Positions 25,085 through 38,482 of a DNA stretch of 64,000 bases are shown piece after piece. The stretch spans positions 136,292,752 through 136,356,751 of the forward strand of contig NC_068981.1 in the NCBI RefSeq assembly GCF_001194135.2, in the 5' to 3' direction. Source of the DNA: Octopus bimaculoides. Its lineage: Eukaryota. The position numbers and the translations under genes are program-made. The notes beneath the pieces are model-generated. The model had not been told where the DNA came from. It did not search any database and worked only from the letters and a program-made list of their open reading frames with translations. Every line of letters starts with the position of its first letter. Position 1 is the first letter of the stretch.

Positions 25085-25630
25085 GTACATGCACATCATC
25101 ATGATCACTTAAGCATTTGCTTTCCTATGCTCGCATGGGTTAGATGAGGCAGATTTTCTCTGGTTGGATGCCCTTCCTGTTGCCACCCCTTATTCTGCTT
25201 CCAAGCAAGGTAATATTTTCCCATGCCCAAACATGTTTTTGCAGAATATTGGAAATGAATGGCATTCATTTATTAATCATGTGATGTCAGCATAAGGACG
25301 GTCACATGCACGCATGCACATGCACACACATTGACATGATCATTGTAAATGTCATGCATTTCCCTTATCCTGTGAAAGCTGATCTGACCATGAGAAAATA
25401 TTAGTTAGCTTGGAAACCGGTACTGAGTTCTTCAGTTCAATATTAAACTATATATAAACTTGGTGCATGCATGCATGCAAATGGGTTTCTTCTGATTTGT
25501 CTACCCAATCCACTCATAATGCTTTGGTTGGCCTGTAGCTATAGAAGACACTTGTCCAAGGTAATTTGCAGTGTAACTGAACTGGAGTCCATGTAGTTGT
25601 GGAAGTGAACTTCTTAGCCATGCCTGTGTC
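25085..25630 (-). mobile_element. Composite SINE remnants
   Basis: Same reverse-strand blocks as 1780-2155 (gatgcccttcctgttgcc, caaggtaatatttt, aatccactcataatgctttggttggcc). Confidence 0.7.
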
Positions 25631-27534
25631 TATATAGCTATGTGTTTTTATTATAGTATTGAAATATATTAGTCATGTGAGTGATAGCTAGACATGTTGG
25701 CAAGAAACGCATGAAAATATGTTTATTTTTAGTTGTTTTTGATAGATGTAAATTCTTAAGCTTTTTTTTTTTGATTGTGGGGTGAGGTTGGTTCTTGCCA
25801 GAATTTTTAAAGTGTTGCTTAGTTTATTTCATTTTTTTCAAAAAATTCTTTTGCTTACAACTTGATCAGAAACTTAACACAGCTCCTTGAAATATTGGTA
25901 TTTCTAGTTCATGCATTTTTCTTTCTGTTTTGCTTCAAAAAGAATAACTCTTTGAACTTCTGTCATGCATCAAGCAACTGTAAATTTACTTGATTTTTCT
26001 CAAGCATTCTATTAAGTTCAGTTATACTAGTTATTGATTTCATTGACATGGTAGTTTTTTTTCTTTTTCAACCTTCATTTTAGGACATGTAGTTCATTAC
26101 CTGTCATCAATATTAGGTAATCAATATAGTTTATGGAAGTAGATACCTGCCAATTTCCCATTTTTTTTTCTGTTTGCATTTGTTCTTCAGTAGCATTCAT
26201 GAACCACGAACTGGTTTTTTTTACTTGTCTTGAATAAATTTAATATGGTTTTTAGCTCTTACAAATTACCACTATCTGATTCTCTTTCAAACATATACTC
26301 CTGGTTTCATTATAACCTATATTTACACTCCTCCATCACAGTTGTTTGGTATGAAACTTGAACTTCCGTGTATGAATTACTGTTTATATTTTCAGCTTTG
26401 ACTTAATTATTAAGGATTTTAACAGGCTAAGGGTTAATCTTTGGTGGTAGACTTTATCTATTGCCCAGTTTAACACCACTTCCAAGATGCTTTTGTCTCT
26501 TCTATTGCAAGTATTTGGTTCAGAGGTTAGGTTTGAGGTCATGGCCTTCCCACTAATCTTTGGAGGCTCTGTTTTCCCTCCTTATGAAAATGACAAGAGA
26601 AAAAGAGGTATGCTTCTCTGGATCACTAAATATTTAGCAAATGTCATTATATTCAAGTTTAATTTTCATGTTTAATGTTTGGAACAGTTGGTGACAGCTA
26701 ATCTCTAGTTTACATTTGACTATAAGATGGCAGTAGTTGTCATTTTACTATTGATTTTCTGTTTTCTTCTTGTGGTAAGGCATTGAATGTATTCTTGTTT
26801 ACAGCTGTTTCAAGCTAATTTGATTTGTTCATTTGATATTAATCTTGAGGCTTTGAAATTCTTCAGGCAATTGTTTTCCATTGCCTGAAACATTTAGCAT
26901 CTCTATAGAATGTGAGAGGCCTTAATCCTTCTTAAATTGGTTAGAAGTTTCTCAATAGATCTAGACAAATTCTCTTGGAGTTTCCATGATTTAAACTGTC
27001 ATTAAAATTTCCAGACTTAGGATAAGCAGATGAAAACTAAACTGTTGGAAAGCCATTTATTATAGACTTTAATCCGAGGACAGCCTTCCTTTTCATGTTC
27101 ATTTTTGATATTCTGCTGGTTTATTAGTATAAAACCATGATAGTATTTATCATTATTGCCTTTTTTGAAGTTAATAGGAATTGACAAGTTTTAATTTTTT
27201 TTTATGCCGAATCTTTGTTTTATTATGCAAATAAACAAGATTGTAACCATCAAGTGTTTTATTACTGTGTCACTGTGGAATTATTTAGTGCTTCTTTATT
27301 TCTATTTTATTTTTAAATTGATCATAATTTTTGTGTTGGAGTGTTGCAATCATTTAGACAAACTGCTGCATTTTATTTTTGATACATAGATTTTACATCT
27401 TTCTGTGAAAATGGAAATTGGCTTACTGACATATATAGGCATATGTGTACATAAACAAGAATATGCATATATATATATATATATATATTTATTTATATAT
27501 GGGTGCACATACAAAACATTTAATGTCTATCTTC

Positions 27535-28265
27535 CTGTGCATGCATGGATTAGATGGAACTTGTTGAGCCAGATTTTTCAAGTCTCCTTCCTTCCTTTCC
27601 TGTCTCCAACCCTCACCTGTTTTCAAGAAAGGTAATATTTTCCCATAGCTAAACATGCTTTTTGTGGAAGATTGAAAATGAACATCATTCCCCTACAAGA
27701 TGCACATGTATGTACATGAACATACACATGCATGCATGCACATACATGCACACAATGAGTTTTTCAGTTTTTGTCTATTAAATCCACTCACAAGGCTTTG
27801 GACTTCATCATAATTTCCTTAGAACTGTTATACATGGTACTAAGGCATTGTCAAAAATGATTTCATAAATTGGACACTCTTAGTTATAAGAGAAACTGGC
27901 TCTTGGATTCCATCTTTACATTGTAACATCCACTTTTCCATGCTTACATTGATTGAAAGGAATTCTGTTGAGATGAATTTTTTACAGCCAGATGCTCTTC
28001 TTGTTACCAACCCTTGCTTGTTTCCAAGTAATGTAATAGTTTCCCAATAACCAGACATCTTCATCAGAAGAATTGAAACACTGCTTGCATGACTGACATT
28101 CATTTGGACTTCTTTTCATGATGAACTTTGTTTCTAACTATCAAATCCATCAAAAAGCTCTTGTTGGCCCAAGGTTAAAGAAAACCCTTGCCAGAAGTGG
28201 CACATAGTGGGAATGTACCTGAAACCATGCGGTTGAGAAGCAAACTTTTTAACATACAGCTGTTG
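27535..28265 (-). mobile_element. Cluster of SINE remnants
   Basis: Repeated ccaaccctcacctgttt, aatccactcacaaggctttgg and cctgaaaccatgcggttg blocks. Confidence 0.7.
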
Positions 28266-29934
28266 CATTGACAACTTCCTTGGTAGAAATTGAGCCCTAA
28301 AAGAAAATGTGTACACTGCTAATTAATCTCCCATAATGTCTGTAATTAGACTGTAGTCAGATACAATGTATCCTGTAGAAATCTCCTTTGGTTTTTTTTT
28401 TCTTTTTTTTTTTACCTTAAGCTGAAATTTTTACTATTTCATTTGACTTTCTTCTCTGGTGTATAGAAACCGTTCACAATTTTTACACTTTTTATAAAAG
28501 AAATAAGTTCATCTTCTGGTTTTGTGGTAACAATGATGTTAATTTACTTCTACCATCAGACCACTTTCCTCTTAGCTATAACTTTGGCACAGTTCTGCTA
28601 ACATGGGTGACATAACATTCTTTAAAAAAAATATTGTCTTACATAACAGTAACACAATAATAATGGAGTATATAATTGCATTGGTTAACAAGTACTTCCA
28701 AGAAAGATTTCTGCCAGAAATCAATATAATCTATGATTCGCTCATATTTACTTATTATTTACAAGTATGCATGTTGTTGGATACTATTTACTGTTCTTAT
28801 TTTAGTTATTGACTTTTCTTTCTCTGGAATATGATTTCTATGTTGGATCTGACAACTCGCTCTAGCTATTTGAAAACTTCATTGATTTTAATCATCTTAG
28901 TTTTCCCACCTTCCCAATATAACCACTGAATAATTTTAAATCAGTGCATTCTTGTTGGCATTTACAAGGTGGTATTTTAGTAACAAGGAAGAATATTCCA
29001 ACCCCTTACTTAACAGCACTTAACAACTAAGCTGGTCTAGGATAGTCTGTTTTTTTTTTTTTTGGTTTTTCTTTTCTTGAATATAGTTTTACAAAATGCT
29101 GGTAGTAAGACAGCTATTTCTCTATGCTTTACTAATTCTTCTCTTAAAATAAACATCAATCTTGTGAAAATAAATTTGATGCTCAGAAAGAGAAAATTAC
29201 GTAAAGCTAAATATTTCAGAATTTCATACACTGTAGTTTTGAAATTCTAATTTTACTTCACTCAAATATACTTTATTTTATGTGTGTATTCATTTGCTTA
29301 TTTCATGCTCAATAAGTACTAGTGATACACAACTGATTACAGCACTTATCTCTTGCAGTTCTTAAGAGGGAATTCTTTTTTTTTTTTTTTGTTTCAATTG
29401 GCTTCATTTTTTTTCTCTTATCTAAATTCTAGAAATTCAAGGAAAATTAACAAAAAAGCAAAAGTATTTTGATATTGAATCTGGTTGGGTCATTAACTTG
29501 CATATCTATTGGCCAAAAGGTTGTTAGATCAGATCAGTTCATCAGCACCAGCTGTTTTCTTTGTAATGGTAGTTCTTAATTACTTTAAATCATTTGCCTA
29601 TAAACAGGTTTTGTATGTTCATCTTGTAAGTACTGGTGTCTTCTTTATGACTAAGATTTAATTTAATATTGAACCATTTTATGATCTACAGGAATGGAAT
29701 GGTAACGCTTGATAGATTATCTGCAAAATATTAGAAACAGAACTTAGATAGCTTTCAAATTTATGACAGCAATAAATTTAAAATGTGGTATTTCATTTGT
29801 GTTTGAAAACTTTAGACTTTAGTATAAATCTCCTTTACCTGTCATTCAGTGCTTTTGAAGATTTCATGGGGTACATAGTCAATGCCAAAGTGATCCCCAG
29901 AAAAGTTGGTTTCTACAGTACTGTAACCCAAAGA

Positions 29935-30291
29935 GTGGAGGCGCAATGGCCCAGTTGTTAGGGCAGCGGACTCACGGTTTCGATTCCCAGACTGGGCGTT
30001 GTGAGTGTTTATTGAGCGAAAACACCTAAAGCTCCACGAGGCTCTGGCAGGGGATGGCGGCGAACCCTGCTGTACTCTTTCACCACAACTTTCTCTCACT
30101 CTTTGTGCCTGTAATTCAAAGGATCAGCCTTGTCACACTGGGTCACGCTGAATATCCCCGAGAACTACGTTAAGGGTACAAGTGTCTGTGGAGTGCTCAG
30201 CCACTTGCATGTTAATTTCACGAGCAAGCTGTTCCGTTGATCAGATCAACTGGAAACCTCGACGTCGTAAGCGATGGAGTGCCAACAACAA
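29935..30291 (+). mobile_element. Young full-length tRNA-derived SINE (second family) with 11-bp target-site duplication
   Basis: tRNA-like head ggaggcgcaatggcccagttgttagggcagcgg...ggtttcgattcc, CpGs retained, (ACA)n tail. TSD TAACCCAAAGA at 29924-29934 and 30292-30302. Confidence 0.9.
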
Positions 30292-30320
30292 TAACCCAAA
30301 GAAACATTTCACAGTTATAC

Positions 30321-30674
30321 NNNNNNNNNNNNNNNNNNNNNNNNNNNNNNNNNNNNNNNNNNNNNNNNNNNNNNNNNNNNNNNNNNNNNNNNNNNNNNNN
30401 NNNNNNNNNNNNNNNNNNNNNNNNNNNNNNNNNNNNNNNNNNNNNNNNNNNNNNNNNNNNNNNNNNNNNNNNNNNNNNNNNNNNNNNNNNNNNNNNNNNN
30501 NNNNNNNNNNNNNNNNNNNNNNNNNNNNNNNNNNNNNNNNNNNNNNNNNNNNNNNNNNNNNNNNNNNNNNNNNNNNNNNNNNNNNNNNNNNNNNNNNNNN
30601 NNNNNNNNNNNNNNNNNNNNNNNNNNNNNNNNNNNNNNNNNNNNNNNNNNNNNNNNNNNNNNNNNNNNNNNNNN
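30321..30674. other. Assembly gap (N run)
   Basis: Other gaps: 31469-32080, 38062-38417, 52326-52425, 56674-57280. Confidence 1.
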
Positions 30675-31155
30675 AGACCACTTTAAAGTCGTGCTTTGGT
30701 TATGCACAAATCGGTTTTTTGTTTTTTTTCCATAAAGGCAGGAATGTTTATTTTAGCTTGTATTTATTGAAAATCAAATTTGATTTTTGTAAAATATGAA
30801 ATACTCAAATCTAATGTTTTTAAGTTTGTAGTTGTGATTCAGCAAACTTATGATCAAAGGAACCCCAGCTTTGAGCATCCTTCCTCACACCTAGAATTTT
30901 TAGGCAATTTTTTTTTTTTTTTGGTAACTACAATATCTAATGTATTAAGGTAAAAGCAGCAGTCAAGACTTCCTGTCCTAAGTACAGCATTTAGCTTAAA
31001 AAAAAAAAAAAGGTAGGACACATATATTGTAGTTTGTGCGTACCTCTTAAAAACTAACGATTGCTCTTCCTTTTATCAGAACAGCTTCCTGAGGCTGAAC
31101 ATCGTTTCAATTGATAAGCCATTGATTTATTTCTCTCTTTTCCTTTTATTGACAG

Positions 31156-31262
31156 AAAGTTGTGGTCAACATACCAGAAATACATGAAGGGAGATTGTAT
31201 TCCCTTCAATAGTATCCGCGATGCATTCAATGAACTCAACATTTATCCATCACTTACTCAGG
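31156..31262 (+). CDS. Internal coding exon of a multi-exon gene; degenerate EF-hand/calmodulin-like segment KLWSTYQKYMKGDCIPFNSIRDAFNELNIYPSLTQ
   Basis: Long pyrimidine tract and acceptor (tttctctcttttccttttattgacag), consensus donor CAGG|gtaagt. The 107 nt exon reads open as 1 nt + 35 codons + 1 nt. IPFNSIRDAFNELNIYPSLTQ aligns without gaps to calmodulin [21 protein letters not shown]. Confidence 0.8.
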
Positions 31263-31382
31263 GTAAGTACTAAAGCCATTACATCATTTCAATCCTTTCT
31301 CATTCCCTAATGTTGTCTCTCCCATTCATATTTAACTAGCTTCATATATCTACTCACACTTTAACTTTCTATTTTGCCATTG

Positions 31383-31468
31383 CTCTCGCTCTCCACCCCG
31401 TCTCTCTCTCTCTCTCTCCACCCCGTCTCTCTCTCTCTCTACCCCGTCTCTCTCTCTCTACCCCGTCT
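31383..31468 (+). repeat. Minisatellite accccgt(ct)n running into an N-gap
   Basis: At least four visible units. Confidence 0.85.
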
Positions 31469-33579
31469 NNNNNNNNNNNNNNNNNNNNNNNNNNNNNNNN
31501 NNNNNNNNNNNNNNNNNNNNNNNNNNNNNNNNNNNNNNNNNNNNNNNNNNNNNNNNNNNNNNNNNNNNNNNNNNNNNNNNNNNNNNNNNNNNNNNNNNNN
31601 NNNNNNNNNNNNNNNNNNNNNNNNNNNNNNNNNNNNNNNNNNNNNNNNNNNNNNNNNNNNNNNNNNNNNNNNNNNNNNNNNNNNNNNNNNNNNNNNNNNN
31701 NNNNNNNNNNNNNNNNNNNNNNNNNNNNNNNNNNNNNNNNNNNNNNNNNNNNNNNNNNNNNNNNNNNNNNNNNNNNNNNNNNNNNNNNNNNNNNNNNNNN
31801 NNNNNNNNNNNNNNNNNNNNNNNNNNNNNNNNNNNNNNNNNNNNNNNNNNNNNNNNNNNNNNNNNNNNNNNNNNNNNNNNNNNNNNNNNNNNNNNNNNNN
31901 NNNNNNNNNNNNNNNNNNNNNNNNNNNNNNNNNNNNNNNNNNNNNNNNNNNNNNNNNNNNNNNNNNNNNNNNNNNNNNNNNNNNNNNNNNNNNNNNNNNN
32001 NNNNNNNNNNNNNNNNNNNNNNNNNNNNNNNNNNNNNNNNNNNNNNNNNNNNNNNNNNNNNNNNNNNNNNNNNNNNNNNNTCTCACCTTTTGTTCTTTTT
32101 CTGTTCCCACATGTTTGCTGCTGGAAATTTTAAAAATAAAATAAAATATTACAAACCCATGGACTTTATTTACCAACCTCAATTTACATTATGCCTTACA
32201 GTTTCTTTAATCATCTAACAGCGCCTTGTTTGAACAGTGACTAAACATATGTATGTGTGTGTGTGTGTACTTAGATTGTCAGTAATTTTGTCTTTTTGAA
32301 GGTACATTAAAGTTACTGTACTTAGAAATCTTGGCAATACATCATCTTGAAATAAAAGACTGTGTGCTATAATGTGCACTAGGAATAAATTACACATTGA
32401 AATTTTAGCTTTTGCTAAAATTTGTCTTTTTACATGATTTTCCAATAAGCAAACAAAATAAAATTTTAAAATTAAGTAAACACTGAATAATACTTAATTA
32501 GATAGAAATCAATTAAAAAAGTATAGGAATTATATTAAAAGCAGATGATTATCAGATTGTTTTCAATCTCTTAAATCTTCTCTGATCACAAAAGCGAGAA
32601 TAATGAGAAGTTGTGATGATCATACTTTTACTAAGGCATTGTCAAAATATGCACCTGTTGTTGTGCATGTTAGAAAAGAGGTATTTTTGTCTTGTCATTT
32701 AAAAAAGATCTTTTCCAAATTTGTTGGTTTTTGTTAGGTTTTCAATGGATTAGTTTATATAAGACTTAGGCAATTTATAAAGGAGAGGAATACAGTACAG
32801 CAATAGTGATGCAAATATTAAATGCATATCTTAAGATGCAATGCCCATGAAAGGAAATATTAAAACCACAGGGAAACACAATGTCTTCAATGAAGCCAAT
32901 CGAGAAGCTGTTAATCAATTGCTCAATTTGTTAGAAACAGCACTTACATCCTCTGTTACAATCTGTTTTGAAAAATTAAAGGGGTGAAAATGCATAGAAT
33001 TTCATAGACACAGACATAATTTTGCACTTAAATTTCTTTAGCAAACGTGGTTTTTTGGCTTTGTATTCAGTCTCCCTGTGTGGCACCCTTGACAATTGTC
33101 TTCTACTATAGTTCCAGGATGACCAACGCTTTTTAAACCCTTGTGTGTCTCTTTGCATTTCACTCAATACTTAGGATGTAAACAAACCAACATCCTATGT
33201 AAATTTGGTGGTTCAGCAAAAAAAAAAAAAAAAAAAAAAAAGAAAAGAAATGAATAGAATAAGCATGAAGCCTAAAATCACATTCTAGTGTTAATTTCAT
33301 CATGATAACCTTTTGAGGTGATACTCCAACATGGTCACAGTCCAATGACAGAAATAAATAAGAGCGTATTAGAGAAGACAGAACTGGCCCCAACAGGAAA
33401 CCTTTGATCATAGGTGTGTTCAATCATGGTTTATTTGGGTGGGGCTAAAGAGTAACTATCATCAGCATTTAATGTCAGTTTTTCATGCTGGCATGGTTTG
33501 GATGATTTGATAGCTGGCAAACCAGATGTCTGCACCAAGCTAAACAGTAACCATGTTCTTAAATATGAATGTATCAGCA

Positions 33580-33659
33580 CATTTAATGCATGCTTCATTA
33601 AAAACGCTAAAGTAAAATGCATTTAATGCATGCTTCATTAAAAATACTAAAGTAAAATA
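33580..33659 (+). repeat. 40-bp tandem duplication
   Basis: catttaatgcatgcttcattaaaaa(cg/ta)ctaaagtaaaat occurs twice. Confidence 0.9.
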
Positions 33660-36093
33660 AATTTAAATTTTATGACTAGTTTCCATTTTGGCACGAGTTG
33701 GGTAGGTTTTCATGATCTGAGCTCTTATTTGAAATTATTGCTCTCTGAAATAGGTTGAAGGACTCCATCGCTCATTTTTGGCTTGTTTTCTATAACTGGA
33801 TATCTTTTATCATTACTGTCACTCTAGTTTTACGAGTACATTGTTGTTGTTGCAGAACTTAAGCTTGTGAGGTTGCTCTGTGGGTGGAAAAATTAGTTGC
33901 TAGCCATAACTCCTGTAGTTACAAAGTGTAAGAACAAGATATAACTGATGACAAGAAATAACTGATAAGAAAGAAAAACAGCTACAAAGTTGAATATAAA
34001 CCCAAAACTTTTTTCTAAAGTGGTAACAAGCAAATAAAATACACATATTCAATAATTCTGAAATGCTGTCTACATAACAAACAATACTTAAGTAGATATC
34101 ATGCATATTTAATACATGGAACAAGAACATTTTGCAGTTAAATAAAACCTATAGTTAAGGGGTGGGTAGGAAATTAGATAATTCCTTCCTACACTATATA
34201 ATTTTTCTGCAAATAAGGGAGACAACTAAAGACTTTTCTCTTTTGCTCTATATTTTCAATGTTTACTTTCACAGTTGAAATTTCTTCATTGTACTTTTGA
34301 CCTGTCTCTATCATTACCATTCTTTTATTTTTCAAGTATTTACTTTTTCCATAACTGTTTTCTATGAAAAGTCTAAATTTTACTTGTAGAATGGTTTCTT
34401 TATTTGGACTACAATCAATTTCCTACTGCAAATTGACATTTCTATTTGTTGCAGTACCTAAATTGATATAAATGAAAGAATTCTTTAAATAGTGTATAAA
34501 TATTGTCTAAATAGATTCTCTTTAAAGCTGTGGGGGTGGGGGGTGGAATATGGTTGTGCGGTTAAGAAGCTTGCTTCCCAACCATTGTATGGCACTTTGG
34601 ATAAGTATCATCTACTAAAGCCCTAGGTTGACAAAAACATTGAGTAGATTTGGTTTATGGATACTGAAAGAAGCTTATTGTATGTCTACTCTTGTCTTGG
34701 CATTGCATAATGGTTAACAAATAACACTATCATACAAGAAATGTTGTTTGACTCTGTTCTGTGAAAAATGTCTTAAGGGAAATATTACTTTGCTTCGAAA
34801 CAGGTGAGGGTTAGTGACTAGAAGATGCAATGCACCCGGCTGTAGATCTGCCTCAAATTTCATCTTCCCCATAAAAGCATAGAAAAAGTGAATGTTAAAA
34901 CAATATGTCCTCCTTCTCATCATCATTTTAATGCCTGCACATACAGGACAAGCTTATTTTGATTTCCATCTACCAAATCTTATTTTTGACCAGCCTGAGG
35001 TTTTAGACGCTTGTCTAAGGTGCCATGTAATGGGAGTGAACCTGAAACCAGATAGGTGGGAAGCAAACTTGACACAGCCATGTCTTCCTGTAGTCATACA
35101 ATGGGAGTGAATAATTACATATTTTTTCTGATTTTGTCATGAGATTTTTATGATAGATTTTTGATTTATTAATTTTATGATGCTTTTCTGAATTTATTAT
35201 TACTCATTATTTCATTAATGATTTATTCTGCTCAGTATTAACTGAAATTTTAATTTCTCTTTTAAAATAAATTGCAATTATATAACTGAAAATATGGCAA
35301 TATATTTGTACTTTATCTTACAAAATGTTTTCAGTTGGCTTTTGCTAGTCTGAATCGACTCAGTATATTTTTCACAATTCAACTAGAAGTTGCTGTAAAT
35401 GTCAACATTTATTTGGCAAGGTAAATTAGTTAAATTAGTGATTTGGTGCAAAGCTTATTTAATAAAAAATGTTTTATAAAATTTGTTAATGGAGAAATCC
35501 TTTTGTGACTGTTATATAATTTTTCCCCAGTGCTGAAATATTTTGAATACAATTCATTTCATTTGCTGGTCTTGTCTTGTTAAGTATCCAATTTAAGAGC
35601 CACAGATGGCAAAGTTGATAGGGTGCTAGCTTATCTAAAGGATTGGTGGTTAATTTCCTGTCACCAGCAGTGCACTTTGTTCATGGTAAAGATACTGAAG
35701 TAGACTGTAAAAATGGTACTTATCTTTATTAGCTGTGCAACAGTACTATAAAATCAGCTAATTTAGCTTGTAGAGCTATTTCACTCTGTCTTGGAGAGGG
35801 ATGCAGTTCTCGTTAGGCTGGCTTGCTTCAGATACACATGCAGTGTATATGGGTCCTGGGACACATTGCAGCCGTGTAATCACTAGCTTTGCAGAATCTC
35901 CATATCGTTTAGGATACTTCATTTTTCAGTGAAAAGTGAAGTAGTTTATATAAAATTTTTAAAAATAAAAGTTAATTCACGTGAAAAGGTTAATATAAAT
36001 AGGCTGATACTTTAATGACAATGTATACATTAACCAATTAAAAAAGATATCAAACACTGATAGCATTATCAACTGATTCTCCTCCATAAAGAT

Positions 36094-36250
36094 ATGCACA
36101 CACACACATACATGCACACACACACACACATAGGGACACGCTCACACACAAGGACACACACACACACACACACAAGGACTCATGCTCACACACAGGGACA
36201 CACGCTCATACACAGGGACACACACACAGGGGCACACACACATGCACAAG
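36094..36250. repeat. Interrupted (CA)n/gggacacac low-complexity repeat
   Basis: Direct reading; produces the HT-rich ORFs. Confidence 0.9.
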
Positions 36251-36460
36251 CAGGCAGATGGACGGGTGGAGGAAGGAAATGTATTTATAAAATATTTGGT
36301 TTTTATTGATATTCATGAAAATAGGCATGATGGCTTTTCACAGAAAATATCAATCAGATGTAACTGAATTTAAAGGAAAAAAAAACTGAAAAGAATTTCC
36401 AGTTTATTAGCCATTAGACTGTTACCTCCTTTAATTTACCTCTGTACCTGGCCTGATATA

Positions 36461-36620
36461 CCATATTTTAATGTGTATAAGGAACCCTTTTTGTCAAAAA
36501 TTAGGTTTAAAAAATATGGGAGTTTCTTATACATGGATAGTATTATAATTCCTTACAAAACCTTTTTTCCAAATTTTAAGCCTCAAAAACCAGAGGGTTC
36601 CTATGCATGTTAAAATATGG
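36461..36620. mobile_element. Tc1/mariner (pogo-like) MITE
   Basis: ~27-bp TIRs ccatattttaatgtgtataaggaaccc / gggttcctatgcatgttaaaatatgg, flanked by TA on both sides. Confidence 0.8.
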
Positions 36621-37454
36621 TAATTATCTTGCAGGGAAAAAGGTATTCAATAACAGATATTACAATTATTTGTGAGTATTAGTCTGTTTTAACCCACAAA
36701 CTTTCATATTCTGGCATTTTTGGGGTGTGAGGTTAAGATGCTTTGACTACAGACCATATAGTCATAAGTTCTAACATTACTGCTGATGATCTTGAACATG
36801 ACTTGTTCCATTTAGTGTTATAGCTGCAGAGTTAACAGAAAATTCATCCAGCTGTGCAAATAATTGCTTCAATAAAAACCATTCCACCTGTGCAAATAAA
36901 CCTATAAACAATTCCCTTGTAATCAATTACAGTATAAGCCTGGTGCCTGTTTTGTTGACCCTGGCTTGGAGAGATTAAAGGGAGAAAATCAGCTCGAGAC
37001 ACGTTCCTTAAATGGCTTAGTAATAAGGCCAGTGACCTCCACCATCTGGAGTTTTGTGAAATTGATATTATTTATGTTTAGCTTAATACTGCTAGCCATT
37101 TAGTCTAATACTTTGCAGTGTTGTCTTTATGACTGCATATAAGGACAGCTATAATTAATATTAGTTATAGTATTACCTGTTTCAAGGGGAATAGTTTTTC
37201 TGGTAATTTATTCATGTAAATGTTTTTAGCTGTCTACTCAATGTCTTACTTTTATTCCAGTTGAAACAAGGTTGTAATGTACTCAACCATAAATGGATTT
37301 TATGGCTCTAAACTCAGCCTAAAGCTGTGCAAATGTATTGATTTCATTTCTAGATCTCCTAATGATTCAATGAGAAATTAGTTATAGTAGGACACAGTTT
37401 AAAACAGCTGGTATTGACCCAATGTTCCCTGACCTACAAACACAGGGCCATTAA

Positions 37455-37668
37455 CCCATTAGCATTTAAACTGGCCACTTTGAGTCAAAATATTCTTGTT
37501 TAGTACATAAACTGGCCAGAACCTGACTTTCCCACTAATCCTACAATGTCATTCTAAAAGTAAACAATCACATTATTGAAATCCCAAAGCTATGAGATTA
37601 TATATGATTAATTCAAAATGATATGAATAAATAAGTATTACATTTAACATAATCTGAATGCTAAAAGG
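37455..37668. mobile_element. piggyBac-type MITE
   Basis: TIRs cccattagcattta / tctgaatgctaaaagg starting with CCC; flanks TTAA and TTTA (degenerate TTAA target). Confidence 0.75.
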
Positions 37669-38417
37669 TTTACACGGTTTTACATCTGATTTCTCTGCTG
37701 GAATGGGTTGTTAAGATTAATTTTATGGTTACTTCCCTCTTTGATGGGCTGGAAGACCACACATTGCCTCTATGCTTCATTTTTGGTTTGGTTTCTGTGG
37801 CTTGATCCCTCTCATCACCAATGCTTTAAAGTTTGTCCTGGGTGCATTTTGTTGTGACAGTAGTTGGGTTACCTTGTACCCTAGAAGATTAATCTCCATT
37901 ATCAAATTTTATGTCTTCTGATTAAATTCCTTTGGGTGTGTATATTGTTGCAGTTAAGTTTTTCACAAACTGCAGCATTGTTTAAGAATTGATTTGGCAT
38001 CCTAGTTTGACCAATGATTTGTGAGCAGGATTTGATATGTGGAAGTGTGTGTGTGTGTGTGNNNNNNNNNNNNNNNNNNNNNNNNNNNNNNNNNNNNNNN
38101 NNNNNNNNNNNNNNNNNNNNNNNNNNNNNNNNNNNNNNNNNNNNNNNNNNNNNNNNNNNNNNNNNNNNNNNNNNNNNNNNNNNNNNNNNNNNNNNNNNNN
38201 NNNNNNNNNNNNNNNNNNNNNNNNNNNNNNNNNNNNNNNNNNNNNNNNNNNNNNNNNNNNNNNNNNNNNNNNNNNNNNNNNNNNNNNNNNNNNNNNNNNN
38301 NNNNNNNNNNNNNNNNNNNNNNNNNNNNNNNNNNNNNNNNNNNNNNNNNNNNNNNNNNNNNNNNNNNNNNNNNNNNNNNNNNNNNNNNNNNNNNNNNNNN
38401 NNNNNNNNNNNNNNNNN

Positions 38418-38448
<31 letters not shown>

Positions 38449-38482
38449 CGCGCGTGCGTGCGTGTGCGTGTGCGTGTGTGTG
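38418..38482. repeat. (TG)n-(CG)n-(TGCG)n alternating purine-pyrimidine tract
   Basis: Direct reading; sequence class able to form Z-DNA. Confidence 0.85.

Noticed and set aside
29842-30099. ORF ending ...SGDHFGIDYVPHEIFKSTE
   Set aside because: The 5' part is antisense SINE; the reconstructed empty site has an in-frame stop, and another stop precedes the donor.
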